DNA from: Tortispora ganteri
Taxonomy: Eukaryota
Length of the DNA: 64,000 nucleotides
Assembly: GCA_003707115.1 (NCBI GenBank)
Contig: PPNB01000003.1
Span: 124,001 to 188,000, forward strand
Reading direction: 5' to 3'
Part shown: positions 19,915 to 30,487 of the stretch, in pieces
How positions within the stretch are numbered: the first letter of the stretch is position 1
Layout: every line of letters begins with the position of its first letter
Notes under the pieces: model-generated
What the model was told of the DNA's origin: nothing
Databases searched by the model: none
Seen by the model: only the letters and a program-made list of their open reading frames with translations
Made by a program: the position numbers and the translations under genes

Positions 19915-22164
19915 TTACCAGCCGGCAGGACGGTCGGCATATCGACCATATGGTTTCGCGGGCTGCTGGTCGTTGTGCAAGTTGCGACGGTTGAGTCCGT
20001 TTACATCGCCTTGCGGCAAGCCAAACTGACTGTGCTCGTAGGGCTGAGCCTGTCTAGGCAGTTGACCGGCACCAGAAATACCGTACTCGTGCGGAACATC
20101 AGCACCGGGCTGATGCTGGTCCTGTTTGGACACGCCATAGGCGCCCACGTACTGGTGATCGGCGCCGTACATACCATAACCACTCATATCGCGCGTAGAA
20201 CCGGGTCCCTGGTTCTGCGAGAATCCAGCTTCGTTCGATATGTTGGTTTGTTGTTGCATCTGAGAGTAGCCCGAAAGTGCTCCATTTCCATACATAGTCT
20301 GATGCATTCCGTTGGCCTCAGGTAAGCGCTGTGTCTGTGGGCGGCCTCCAGCATAGTGGCCGTAGATATCGCCAACCATGCCCGGTCCGCCGGCGCCAAA
20401 TTTGGGCAGCGCAGGGTTTGAATATCCGTATGTGGGCATCATCAGATTGGCAGGAGGAGGAGGCGCATGAGTCGGCCCAGAGTACTGGTGCCCCAGGAGC
20501 ATGCTGCCGTAAGGGTAAGAGACTTGGTCATTCATGGCTGGTACGCCGTTTGACGCACCGGACATTCCAGGGAGACCAACAGGCGGTATCGCTGGCGGAG
20601 CATTCTGGGGAGGTTTGTTGTATCCCCATTGTCCGGCAGTATTGTCCACACTCCCAGAAGGCGACATAGTAGATCCAGGAGTAGCAATAGTAGAAGAGGG
20701 AATGCTGTTTCCGGGACGGAACAGGGGCTGCTGAGAAGCAGGAATAGGAGGTTGGCCATGTGGCTGTTGCTCGAATGAAGCGTAAAAGTCAGGCTGATAC
20801 TGCTGGTACTGATGCTGAGGATGGTGCGGCTGTTGGGGTTGGGGTTGGTAGTGTTGTTGTTGTTGTTGTTGCTCTTGAGGCTGCTCAGATTGTTGTTGAT
20901 GTGCGTAGAGCGGCTGTTGCTGTGTCGGCTGGTTATCGACTTGGGGCTGCTTTCGGAACTGATTTTGTCCTGAGAATTCAACAATGGCCGGGTCTTCGTA
21001 GGGGAAATCTTCCGAAACAGTGTCATTAGACAAGCTCATTGCGCCAAACTTGATGGCGGCGGTCATATCGGAGGTCTTGGATAAACCAGGAGGAGCGTTT
21101 TCAGAAGGCTGATCTTCATAAGAGTCGGTTTGCCCAACAGCGAGAGGATATTCTTGAGGCTGCTCAGATTTAGTCTTTCTAGCAGAAATCAGCGCCTGTC
21201 TGGAGTCAGCCAATTTATTGTTAGGCAGCTGGTCCAAAACTGGTACCGCAGGGACAAAGTCCGCTGCCTTAGTGGATCCTTTTTGTGGCCTTTTTTTGCG
21301 CGGTTGTGAAGATTTAGAGGCAGGCTTTTGAGTGTCAACTTTGGCCGGTTCAGATGTAGATCCAACGGTATTTTGGGCGGACTCTGCGACTTCAGCCGAG
21401 TTTACAGCATCATTGGATTCAGCAGCCGGGCCCCAAGGGGTAGGAACTGTAACACTAGACTTTGGAATCGCCAAAGGTATGTCATTAGTATCGTCAACAA
21501 ATGATGCCTGAGCAGAAGATAGTCCTGGTGTTTCGGACGCTTCCTTGTCAGGGGATGCAGGAGTAAGTTTGGGCTCTGAGATAGCAGAAGCTGCTATTGA
21601 GCTCCATGTGGGTGCCGAAGGCACTGGCGCTGGAGCGGGCACTGAAGCAGCAAGAGCAGTAGCATTCGAAACGTTAGCAGTTGTTAGGGAGCCTTCACGT
21701 TTGACAGTTGTCGCTTGATTCTGTTTCGAAGGTTTGGGCTTTGTTTGTTTAGCATGTTTTGGCTGTGAAGCGGCGAGCTTTGCTGCAGCTGCCGAAGACG
21801 CCGACGGGCGCGATTTTGGCTTGCGAGCTTGTGACTGATGAACATTCGAAATCGAAGCATTTGAGATTCCATTTGAGTTAGCGTTTGAGTGAGTAGTGGC
21901 GCTCGAGCGGTCGTCAGATTTGACGGGCTTATGCTTGTTGTCGACGGGGTTCCATCGTTGGGCCTGGCCGGAGGTGATTCGCATAGCAGCTTCATCGACA
22001 TCGCCTGAGACATCTTGGAGAACAAAAAGCAGATCCTCTTCGGACCAGTCGGGAACGATGGCTTTCAGCGCCTCAACTGACGCAGCCATAGGGGATTTAG
22101 TAGCTGCAGCGGAGGAGCCGTTGCCTTTTGGCGGTCGACGCTCCTTTCGCGACTGTGATACCAT
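19915..22164 (-). CDS. DEF1: RNA polymerase II degradation factor Def1 (CUE domain plus Q-rich low-complexity region)
   Basis: N-terminal CUE-like LKAIVPDWSEEDLLFVLQDVSGDVDEAAMRITSGQAQRW; polyQ and P/G/Y/Q-rich C-terminal half. Confidence 0.8.
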   Translation of the reverse strand: MVSQSRKERRPPKGNGSSAAATKSPMAASVEALKAIVPDWSEEDLLFVLQDVSGDVDEAAMRITSGQAQRWNPVDNKHKPVKSDDRSSATTHSNANSNGISNASISNVHQSQARKPKSRPSASSAAAAKLAASQPKHAKQTKPKPSKQNQATTVKREGSLTTANVSNATALAASVPAPAPVPSAPTWSSIAASAISEPKLTPASPDKEASETPGLSSAQASFVDDTNDIPLAIPKSSVTVPTPWGPAAESNDAVNSAEVAESAQNTVGSTSEPAKVDTQKPASKSSQPRKKRPQKGSTKAADFVPAVPVLDQLPNNKLADSRQALISARKTKSEQPQEYPLAVGQTDSYEDQPSENAPPGLSKTSDMTAAIKFGAMSLSNDTVSEDFPYEDPAIVEFSGQNQFRKQPQVDNQPTQQQPLYAHQQQSEQPQEQQQQQQHYQPQPQQPHHPQHQYQQYQPDFYASFEQQPHGQPPIPASQQPLFRPGNSIPSSTIATPGSTMSPSGSVDNTAGQWGYNKPPQNAPPAIPPVGLPGMSGASNGVPAMNDQVSYPYGSMLLGHQYSGPTHAPPPPANLMMPTYGYSNPALPKFGAGGPGMVGDIYGHYAGGRPQTQRLPEANGMHQTMYGNGALSGYSQMQQQTNISNEAGFSQNQGPGSTRDMSGYGMYGADHQYVGAYGVSKQDQHQPGADVPHEYGISGAGQLPRQAQPYEHSQFGLPQGDVNGLNRRNLHNDQQPAKPYGRYADRPAGW

Positions 22165-22449
22165 TTCAAGGACTATTACGTAATTTAGAGCAGCTTAACA
22201 AACTAACTAACAAAAATTAACTAGAGAATAAGCAGGAACTGACTGTATCAGAGAAGAGGATTTGCAAGCTAGAGTGTGTGAGAAGCAGTGTGCTGCACTA
22301 GTGCTGAAATTTTAATAGGCTAGGTAAATGTGATTAAGGGTCAAGGGTTCAGAACTAGTGAGCCGGGTAACTTTATACACCTACTCCAAATCAAGTTATA
22401 GAGAAGCGGCATCGCAACCTGCAAGAATCAAGAGCTTGCGGTACCTGGA

Positions 22450-23784
22450 ATGGCCGGAGACTCGGCCCTTGAACTTCCCTGCACGTCTAGAACGCTTGCC
22501 CTTGCTATTATAGCTAGTTGCACGCTTTACGTATTCTGGCCAGCGATATTTGGTCGCCACACAATGACTAAAAAGGGTAAACCGACCGCGGTTGGCCTAT
22601 TGAACCACGCTAATGATTGTTTTGCCAATTCCATTCTGCAGGCGCTTGCTAGCGTTCCTACCTTGCGCAATTTTCTTGATCAGTGTGATGAGACGCAGGA
22701 AACGCTTGCTTATGCTCTCAAAGAAATGATAGATAGTCTAAACGAACCGATATCGTACCCGAAATCGCTATCTGTGTGGCCTTTTCTGCACGAGCTGGAA
22801 GCCATATATAATTCGCGGATCTCGCGCTCGCAGCATGACGCACACGAGTTACTGCATTTGATATTTGAGACGATTCACGACCAACGTATTAAATCCACCA
22901 AAATAGAGCATGCCGACCGCCTGTCGCAAAAGAAGCCGACGTCAACAAGCCCTGCCACGCCTGTAGTGCCCTTTGAATCGTACACGCAGGACATTATAAC
23001 TTGCGCTACTTGTGGATACACACCTCCTATGACAATATCATCATTTTTGGTGATGTCTCTGAACGTCCCGAACACATGGCACACTACCCTGGACAAGTGT
23101 TTGGCTTCACTGCTGAACACCGAATGCATAAGAGACTTTGGCTGCGATAATTGTCGGTACACTGACCTTAAAAGGCGCACTACACACAATATAGAGTTGC
23201 AAAAGCGTTTGGACGACATAGATCCGGCTGAAATGCCTGCAGATATAGAATCCCTTCTCAACAAGGCCATTGTGTCGACTATTGCCAAAAAGACACTACT
23301 CAACACACTTTCACCTATCCTTGTTGTGCATCTTTCGCGGTCTATTTTCACAGGAACAGCATCACGCAATTCCTGTAGAGTTGAAATACAGGAGTACATT
23401 ACGCTAACGTCGTATCAAACTAGTACGGAGAAGAGTGAGGAGTCTGCGTCCGGACAGACGTTAATGTACCCGGCGCAGTTTCAAACGCCGTCTAAGGTGC
23501 GCTACAGACTTGCAGCAATGGTGAAACACCAAGGAACACACCAGCATGGACACTACGAATGTTACAGACGGAAAATGAATCATCCAATTGAGGTGAGCCT
23601 GTCCAACGAGTCGACAGATGGCGACGGACAGCTGTTCGCTCAAAAACACCACAATCTCATACCCTGGAAAACAGGCGAAAAGGATTGGTGGAGGATAAGC
23701 GATACTTTAGTGTGGGAATGCAGGATCGACGAAGTGCTCAAACAGACAAAAGCAGCATACCTGCTGCTATACGAACAATGCTAA
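22450..23784 (+). CDS. UBP16: Membrane-anchored ubiquitin-specific protease (Ubp16/USP30-like)
   Basis: N-terminal TM segment, Cys box GLLNHANDCFANSILQAL, QHDAHE, His box HQGTHQHGHYECYR. Confidence 0.75.
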   Translation: MAGDSALELPCTSRTLALAIIASCTLYVFWPAIFGRHTMTKKGKPTAVGLLNHANDCFANSILQALASVPTLRNFLDQCDETQETLAYALKEMIDSLNEPISYPKSLSVWPFLHELEAIYNSRISRSQHDAHELLHLIFETIHDQRIKSTKIEHADRLSQKKPTSTSPATPVVPFESYTQDIITCATCGYTPPMTISSFLVMSLNVPNTWHTTLDKCLASLLNTECIRDFGCDNCRYTDLKRRTTHNIELQKRLDDIDPAEMPADIESLLNKAIVSTIAKKTLLNTLSPILVVHLSRSIFTGTASRNSCRVEIQEYITLTSYQTSTEKSEESASGQTLMYPAQFQTPSKVRYRLAAMVKHQGTHQHGHYECYRRKMNHPIEVSLSNESTDGDGQLFAQKHHNLIPWKTGEKDWWRISDTLVWECRIDEVLKQTKAAYLLLYEQC

Positions 23785-23792
23785 GAACTGTA

Positions 23793-24222
23793 TCACGAAT
23801 GCTCGCCAAGATGATGCCTGTGAATAATATCAGCAGTTTCGTCTTCAACACCTGGTAAAGGACCGTCACTGACCAACGAAGGGCTGCTTCGATTGAACAC
23901 GGCGCTCTGCGACTCTTCGTTATTCACATAGGTGACACTATCTGCGTCATCCTTGATAGCGGGCGACTGCGACCTGCTTCTAAGAATTTCGTCTTTATCG
24001 ACATGAGGAAATCGCGGTTTAGTGGGCTTATTCACAGTTTCCGGATTATTTTCTTCCTTCATTTCCTTAACGGCGAGCTCCGAAGCGGATCCTTCGCTTA
24101 GACCCGGCAGAACCTCTGTGAGATCATCGTTTGAATTGTATTGCTCTTTTTATTTTTGTGGTCAGTAATCAATCGATGTGCTAGGAGAAACGATTACTTT
24201 TCGCTTTGCACTTACCAGTCAT
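23793..24222 (-). CDS. Hypothetical hydrophilic protein, 2 exons (24222-24216, 24145-23793), 119 aa
   Basis: ATGACTG|GTAAGT...TACTGAC...AAAAG|AGCAATAC joins in frame to the 89-aa track ORF, giving MTEQYNSNDDLTEVLPGLSEGSASELAVKEMKEENN... Confidence 0.7.
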
Positions 24223-24517
24223 AATTGTTGGTGTGATTTATCGGTTTTTGGAATGATTAGAAATGGTTAAGTTTTGAGCCACCCATTTTGGGCGGGAAGA
24301 CCGTTGCAACTGTAGACCGTTTTTCTGTTCTACAGTGTTCCACCACGTTCTGATATGTCTACACAGCTGGGCTATGTAGAGGTGCCGAAATTGATTTGAT
24401 TATTTTCAAAATGTAGTTTATTTTAGACCAGAATAATCACGATAACACATGCTGCAGGTATAGTGCACTATGCGGTACTGCAGGTATGACGTAGTTAGCA
24501 CAGTTGAGGTCCACCAG

Positions 24518-25177
24518 CTATGCGTAGATGCCTTCTTCGATTCCAATGGCAACAGGATGACCGTACAGACCTGCCCAAGAGTCAGGTGGGTTCCATTGCG
24601 GTTTCGCGATGTGCAGGTCATCTAGGACCTTAGCGGCAAGTACAGTGGCGTCGCCGACATTGTCGCCCTGGTGGGCATAGTACACCACACCAGCAGCATT
24701 TATATCTGTACACCGGTTGAGCAATTGGACGATATAGCCGGAGCCAGGGAATTTCTGATCAACAATGGGCGGGTTTATACTGATCAATTTAGGGCCTGTA
24801 GGATCGATTCTGCGCGACATATCGGCAGATCCACAGGCGTAGACGTAACTGACAGCGGTCTCTCTGGCAAAGCCGACAAGTTTTGATACGAAGCTGCCGA
24901 TATGGCCAGGTAGAACCGGCGATCGCACCTGTACAACAGTCAATGTACCATTTCCGAATACTTCTACGGGTGTAGTGATACCGGTCTCGGCTTTGTTATC
25001 GCGTGGACCTGCGAAAGGGTAGACATCGTCTGATGCGTCTATTCTGCCAAGAAGTGGCAAATTCAGCGAACTGATAATGAGGTCAACGGCAAGCTGGGGT
25101 ACATTTCCGGTGCTAATAGAAGGGATTACAAGCAAAGTACCGGAAATTGTGATGTCTGTTCTAAAAGGGATGTACAT
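24518..25177 (-). CDS. PBA2: Proteasome assembly chaperone PAC2 family (Pba2/Add66-like)
   Basis: LLVIPSISTGNVPQLAVDLII, VVQVRSP, GDNVGDA and WNPPDSWAGLYG motifs; first ATG is at 25177. Confidence 0.8.
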   Translation of the reverse strand: MYIPFRTDITISGTLLVIPSISTGNVPQLAVDLIISSLNLPLLGRIDASDDVYPFAGPRDNKAETGITTPVEVFGNGTLTVVQVRSPVLPGHIGSFVSKLVGFARETAVSYVYACGSADMSRRIDPTGPKLISINPPIVDQKFPGSGYIVQLLNRCTDINAAGVVYYAHQGDNVGDATVLAAKVLDDLHIAKPQWNPPDSWAGLYGHPVAIGIEEGIYA

Positions 25178-25268
25178 GTTGTCGAAAGACAAGCGTGGAT
25201 GTGGAGGTTTCTGGGCTACTAAGTTAGACAAAATCTATCTATATATTAAAGACATGAGACAAAAAAGG

Positions 25269-27059
25269 TCATACACGTGCAATATGAGACTTCACGTAGC
25301 GTCCACTGGGATCTTCTGCACAACCCCAGTCGGCTTTGGGGATCCAACGCATGACAGTGGACGAAGCGGCCTTAGTGGGGAAATGCTCGTCGAACATCAA
25401 TCTGTACCAATAGGCCTCTTTGGTTGTGGGGATATCGTCACCCCATTCCTTTTTGGGGTTGGCAAACTGCTCATCAGAAATGACTTTTTCAGCAGTTTCC
25501 TTAAGACAGTCAATCCACGAGTAACCAACACCATCGGAGAACTGTTCCTTCTGGCGCCAAAGGATGTCATCCGGCAGGTATGGTTCTTCTCCCTCTTCGA
25601 CATCAAATGCTTTGCGGATAATGTACTTTTCGATTCTGTCAGGTGTGATCATCTTCTCTTTCGGATCAATAGTCATGGCGACATCGAGGAATTCACGGTC
25701 CAAGAAAGGTACACGCGCCTCTAGGCCCCATGCCATTGTAGACTTGTTGGCACGTAAACAATCGGCAAGATGCAGGTTTTTGACGCGCTTGACGGTTTCT
25801 TCGTAGAACTCTTCCGGGTTAGGTGCTGCGCCGAAGTACAGGTATCCGCCAAATATCTCATCAGAGCCTTCGCCCGAGAGTACCATTTTTACGCCCTGAG
25901 CTTTGATCTTGCGCGACAAAAGGTACATAGGAGTAGACGCGCGAATTGTTGTAACGTCGTAAGTCTCAAGATGATAAATAACATCAGAGAGGGCATCTAG
26001 ACCCTCTTGAACGGTGAAATGGTGCTCATGGTGCACAGTACCAATGAATTTGGCAACGTGTCGGGCAGCAATAAGATCGGGTGCACCTTCAAGGCCCACG
26101 GCGAACGAATGTAAGCTCGGCCAAAGCGCCATCGATGCGAGGTCGCCATTATCGTCTATGCCTGTGAGTTCTGTCTGGGCATCTCCTGAGTTAAGTTTGC
26201 GCTTCTTTGATTCGTCGGTGCCGTTTGCGGCTGAAGCGGAAGTGTTACCGGCCTGTTTTTCAGCGGCGATGACTGCAGCCTTCTGTGCGTCGGCAAGACG
26301 ACGAGTCTCACGGGCAGCTATTGATGCGATCAGTGATGAATCCAAACCGCCACTGAGAAGTACACCATATGGCACTTCAGCCATCAAACGCTTTCGGACG
26401 GCCTTTTCGAGGGTCGTTCTGAGGAGGGTGTAGTCGACAGGTGCAGTAGGCTTGTAAACAGCAGGATCCCACCATACGGGGTTGTAGTAACGGGTGAGAG
26501 AATCAGTATCAGAATCATAGAAGTGGCCTGGAGGGAATGAATCGATGCTATCACAGATTTCGACGAGCGACTTCATCTCAGACGCAAAGTAGACGGAACC
26601 GGGTGCGGAAGAGGATCTACCCATATAGAACGACGTGATACCGATAGGGTCGCGAGCTGCGATGACTCTGTTCTTGGGGGCATCATAAAGAATAAAAGAA
26701 AACATGCCGTCGAGGCGTGAGCAGATTTCAGGTCCGAGTCGTTGATAACCTGGAATGATGACTTCACAGTCGGACTGAGTTTTGAAGGTATAGTCGTCGA
26801 ACTCCTTGCGGAGGAGTCTATGGTTGTAAATTTCACCATTTACACACAAAAAAGTGGTTTCATCGGGGCTCACAAGAGGTTGAGCTCCAGCATCAAGGCC
26901 AACAATGGCTAGACGTTCATGGCACAAAATAGTGCCATTTTTTATGATATTGCCAGACCAATCAGGTCCACGGTGACGAATGAGTTTAGCGAGTTGCAGA
27001 GCTTTAGGCTTGAACTCATTAGGGTCCTGTACATTATAAGCGCCAAATATTCCACACAT
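25269..27059 (-). CDS. ASN2: Glutamine-dependent asparagine synthetase
   Basis: MCGIF Ntn nucleophile, [45 protein letters not shown]. Confidence 0.95.
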   Translation of the reverse strand: MCGIFGAYNVQDPNEFKPKALQLAKLIRHRGPDWSGNIIKNGTILCHERLAIVGLDAGAQPLVSPDETTFLCVNGEIYNHRLLRKEFDDYTFKTQSDCEVIIPGYQRLGPEICSRLDGMFSFILYDAPKNRVIAARDPIGITSFYMGRSSSAPGSVYFASEMKSLVEICDSIDSFPPGHFYDSDTDSLTRYYNPVWWDPAVYKPTAPVDYTLLRTTLEKAVRKRLMAEVPYGVLLSGGLDSSLIASIAARETRRLADAQKAAVIAAEKQAGNTSASAANGTDESKKRKLNSGDAQTELTGIDDNGDLASMALWPSLHSFAVGLEGAPDLIAARHVAKFIGTVHHEHHFTVQEGLDALSDVIYHLETYDVTTIRASTPMYLLSRKIKAQGVKMVLSGEGSDEIFGGYLYFGAAPNPEEFYEETVKRVKNLHLADCLRANKSTMAWGLEARVPFLDREFLDVAMTIDPKEKMITPDRIEKYIIRKAFDVEEGEEPYLPDDILWRQKEQFSDGVGYSWIDCLKETAEKVISDEQFANPKKEWGDDIPTTKEAYWYRLMFDEHFPTKAASSTVMRWIPKADWGCAEDPSGRYVKSHIARV

Positions 27060-27132
27060 TTCTTCTGGTCTGGTTAGGTATAGATAGTTTTTGCTGCCCT
27101 CAAAATAGTGAGGTTGTTGGTGAAGATAGGTA

Positions 27133-27138
27133 TGACTC
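27133..27138. promoter_or_regulatory. Gcn4-type site TGACTC upstream of asparagine synthetase
   Basis: ATGACTC about 75 bp upstream of the ASN ATG; ASN genes are general-control targets in yeasts. Confidence 0.45.
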
Positions 27139-27273
27139 CCGAAGGTGTGAGGTTTTAAATTTTGAACAATAATGATGTACGGCGTTCTGATTGGCTATGA
27201 TTTTAATTTAACTTCCAAAATCGGCAATTAGGGTCTTCGGATCACAACCACTTCACTTGCAGCAATATATGGC

Positions 27274-27609
27274 ATGCAACATCGTCAAAGCAAGGACCAT
27301 GCATTCCGGGATCTAGCTCAACAAGATGCACGTCGGAAGGAACAGTTACTCGCAGAGCGGCGAGCTAATCGGGAATCAAATACTATGAAGAACCGCGGAG
27401 GTAGAGACAGAATGGAGCAGGACGTGGCAGATGGTGAGCAGAGAGAATATATTAATGAGATGGAATTGAAAGCTGAACAACATCGTCTAGATTATCTTAA
27501 CGAGAAGGAGATGATGGAGCATGAACAACTGGAAATGTATGAAAGAGAATTGGCGCAGCTAGCGGAACAGGACGAGATCATGATGGACCTGGACATCGAT
27601 ATGATGTGA
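27274..27609 (+). CDS. Hypothetical charged, probably helical protein, 111 aa
   Basis: ATG-initiated ORF with a basic N-half and an acidic E/D/M-rich C-half; fills the ASN-PEX19 gap. Confidence 0.65.
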   Translation: MQHRQSKDHAFRDLAQQDARRKEQLLAERRANRESNTMKNRGGRDRMEQDVADGEQREYINEMELKAEQHRLDYLNEKEMMEHEQLEMYERELAQLAEQDEIMMDLDIDMM

Positions 27610-27663
27610 CACTATAGAGAAAAGGGAAAAGTACGTTTAATAAATAAGTCATACCCGATAGTA

Positions 27664-28539
27664 TTATTGTACAGGACAATTTTCTTCGAGATCGCTTGGA
27701 AGTTTCGGTATACCGTCGGTATCGAGGTCAAGTCCGCCAGGCATGCTGCCCATGATCTCAGAAGGCGGCGACCCTGAATCTTGCATTTGTGACATTTTGT
27801 CTGATATATATTTTTTGTCTTCTTCGTTGCTATCACTGTATGTTGGCGCCTCGAAACGTTGTACTATAGCAGTGACTATCTCCAGTTGCCGCTCGTACCT
27901 GACTGTGTCCTCAACACTAAGTTTTTCGCGGTTCTGAGAAAGCCAGCCAGGGTACTTATCGTATAGCTCTTTCATAGGTTCGTATAAAATCTCTTTTTGC
28001 GTGAGTTGCTGCATCATCGTTTGCAACATCCCAGACAAACCATCTTCTGAGGCCGAATCGCCTTCTAACTGCGCCAACAACTCCTTCAGAAACCCGTCAC
28101 CGTCGTCGTCACTATTGGATGGCTTTGCGCTATCCTTCATACGTTCTACAGTACGCGCTACCGTGTCCTGAAGTGACTGCTTGCCGTCATTGGCTCCTGT
28201 CGCAGAGGCCGCTTTTGATCGACTGAACCCTTCTATATCGCCATCCGTCAACTGCTGCATCTCCCGACTCAGCTCTTCGAACTGCTTCTTCAACTCTGGA
28301 TTCGCCTCCACATCTTTCAGAAGATCACTCATCCCAAGCTCCAATTGTCTAGCAAATTCGTTGTCAACCACAGAATCGGCTGTAGTCGCTGTTACCTCCA
28401 CGCCACTTCGCGCGGTCTCTGCCGTTGTCGCATCTACACCTGCAGCTCCATCCATAATCAAATTCTCAAATTCCTTCTCCAATTCATCTTCACCAAATTC
28501 ATCAAGTAAATCGTCTAAATCATCAGCTGGGTCACTCAT
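27664..28539 (-). CDS. PEX19: Peroxisomal membrane protein chaperone Pex19
   Basis: [11 protein letters not shown]-terminus, [30 protein letters not shown]-terminal CaaX CPVQ. Confidence 0.93.
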   Translation of the reverse strand: MSDPADDLDDLLDEFGEDELEKEFENLIMDGAAGVDATTAETARSGVEVTATTADSVVDNEFARQLELGMSDLLKDVEANPELKKQFEELSREMQQLTDGDIEGFSRSKAASATGANDGKQSLQDTVARTVERMKDSAKPSNSDDDGDGFLKELLAQLEGDSASEDGLSGMLQTMMQQLTQKEILYEPMKELYDKYPGWLSQNREKLSVEDTVRYERQLEIVTAIVQRFEAPTYSDSNEEDKKYISDKMSQMQDSGSPPSEIMGSMPGGLDLDTDGIPKLPSDLEENCPVQ

Positions 28540-28659
28540 TCCGTCCCTCGGTTATTGCGTATTCTAGGTTCTGTCGAAAAATCACCCCTCCTGCTAACAC
28601 ACTCCACCAACAATAAGCTTTTCCTTCTCTCTTCATCCATTTTTATACCCATCCAAACA

Positions 28660-29136
28660 ATGCCGAATCCGCTTTGTTTGAACCGCCTTCAACAGGAACG
28701 TAAGGACTGGCGTAAAGATCACCCGTTCGGTTTCTGGGCAAAACCACAGAAAAACCCAGATGGATCGCTCAACCTCATGAAATGGAAAGTCGGTATCCCG
28801 GGAAAGAAAGACACAAAATGGGAAGGCGCAGTCTTTCCTGTCACTCTCACCTTCCCTGAAGAGTACCCCTCGCGACCGCCCGCATGCCACTTCCCCGCAG
28901 GCTTCTACCATCCAAACATATATCCTTCGGGTAAGGTCTGTCTTAGTCTCGTGAATGAGGGCGAGTCCTGGAAACCAGCTATTCGCATCAAGGACATCGT
29001 ACTAGGTATACAAGAGCTACTTGATGACCCTAACCCGCGCAGTCCAGCACAGGAGAAGGCCTACCATGACTTCGTTCGTAATAAGGAACTCTACAACAAA
29101 AAGGTCCACGAACAGGTTAAGAGATACGTTAGCTAG
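28660..29136 (+). CDS. UBC9: SUMO-conjugating enzyme Ubc9
   Basis: [37 protein letters not shown] at 28660. Confidence 0.95.
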   Translation: MPNPLCLNRLQQERKDWRKDHPFGFWAKPQKNPDGSLNLMKWKVGIPGKKDTKWEGAVFPVTLTFPEEYPSRPPACHFPAGFYHPNIYPSGKVCLSLVNEGESWKPAIRIKDIVLGIQELLDDPNPRSPAQEKAYHDFVRNKELYNKKVHEQVKRYVS

Positions 29137-29489
29137 AATGCTAGATCGCACAAGGTCGTTCCCTCCCCCCGTCTCTCATAAATCTGTCACCTTTCTTGCC
29201 ACCGCCCCAGGTGCCCCCTCCCTAACTTTACAATTACTCTTACCTCTTCGTCCAGTAAAGTACTAACATGGTATACCAACCTCCGATACAATACATATCA
29301 TGTTCTCTGCGGAAGACTTCCATTTGATATGACCTCTCTCCATCAGCTACCTTACCTACCTCAATGTCTCATAGCAACGAAATGAAGAGGAAATAGAAAC
29401 AAACTCTAAAATCGTCAAATTCTATCAGTCATCAACATCTCACACCTACTCCTCTTTTGTCCTACCATCATCTCTAAGCCGTCTCAGTG

Positions 29490-30374
29490 ATGTTCTCTGC
29501 AACGCCTAGACTTACCTCTAGCGTTCTGCCTACAAGTAAAGTCTTATGCAGGTTCAATTCTAGCTCGACTGCGGCCATGGCCTACAAAACCTTGAACAGG
29601 TCTAAGAAACGTCCCCCTCTTCCTACTATCGCTACTCCTAAGTGGAATGCCAGCACCGCGGTTTCGTCTATTCTCTACGAGACACCTATGTTAGAAGACA
29701 CGCCGCAGAAACCACATGTTTTTAACTGCTTGGTTCAAAATGAACCCGGTGTACTCTCCCGTGTCTCCGGAATCCTTGCCGCTCGCGGCTTCAATATCGA
29801 CTCGCTTGTCGTCTGCAGCACCGAGGTCCCTGATCTTTCTCGCATGACTATTGTTCTACAAGGACAAGACGGGGTTGTCGAACAGGCGCGCAGACAGGTA
29901 GAAGACTTGGTCCCCGTTTGGGCTGTCCTTGACTACACAAATGCTCCTGTTGTCCGCCGTGAATTACTTCTCACAAAGGTGTCTTTACTCGGTCCGGAGT
30001 ACTTCGAAGAACTTTTAGCTCATCATGAAGCTGCAGATACAGAAAGCAGCCGTCGCGACTTTCATCCAAGCTTACTGCCTCCTTCAGAAGCCTTGCGCAA
30101 GAAACATGAACATCTTCGCGATATCACTAATATTGCTAAACAGTTTGGTGGTAAGATCGTCGATATCACTGAGCATAACTGTGTAGTTGAACTTTCTGCC
30201 AAACCTGAACGCATTACTTCTTTCATTGCTTTAATTAAACCTTTTGGTATACTTGAGCTTGCTAGATCTGGTACCATGGCACTTGCAAGGTCCCCGACAA
30301 ATTCATCATCAAGCACGGAGAAACCTAAACAAGCCGAGGAAGTTGTCGACGCTTCTACCCTTCCGCCTGGTTAG
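29490..30374 (+). CDS. ILV6: Acetolactate synthase small regulatory subunit, mitochondrial
   Basis: Presequence; ACT domain HVFNCLVQNEPGVLSRVSGILAARGFNIDSLVV; C-terminal LPPG. Confidence 0.95.
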   Translation: MFSATPRLTSSVLPTSKVLCRFNSSSTAAMAYKTLNRSKKRPPLPTIATPKWNASTAVSSILYETPMLEDTPQKPHVFNCLVQNEPGVLSRVSGILAARGFNIDSLVVCSTEVPDLSRMTIVLQGQDGVVEQARRQVEDLVPVWAVLDYTNAPVVRRELLLTKVSLLGPEYFEELLAHHEAADTESSRRDFHPSLLPPSEALRKKHEHLRDITNIAKQFGGKIVDITEHNCVVELSAKPERITSFIALIKPFGILELARSGTMALARSPTNSSSSTEKPKQAEEVVDASTLPPG

Positions 30375-30487
30375 TCTTGCTTATGAGTTTATTTATGTAT
30401 TTCAAAATGTTAACTTTCTATATAACCACATCCCGTACTCCATTTGCTTGTTACATAGTACAAAACCAAAAAATTGCTTGAATCTGT

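Noticed and set aside
22180..22224. Plus-strand intron-like GTAATT...ACTAAC...TAG upstream of UBP16
   Set aside because: Weak donor only about 15 nt from the DEF1 start on the opposite strand; more likely DEF1 5' UTR sequence.
10950..29136. Apparent ubiquitin/proteasome gene cluster (UFD4, DEF1, UBP16, PBA2, UBC9)
   Set aside because: This is a large functional class interspersed with unrelated genes, and I saw no shared motif; chance is sufficient.
29261..29267. Perfect TACTAAC between UBC9 and ILV6
   Set aside because: No canonical donor upstream and no nearby AG, so an intron or spliceosomal cleavage site cannot be supported.
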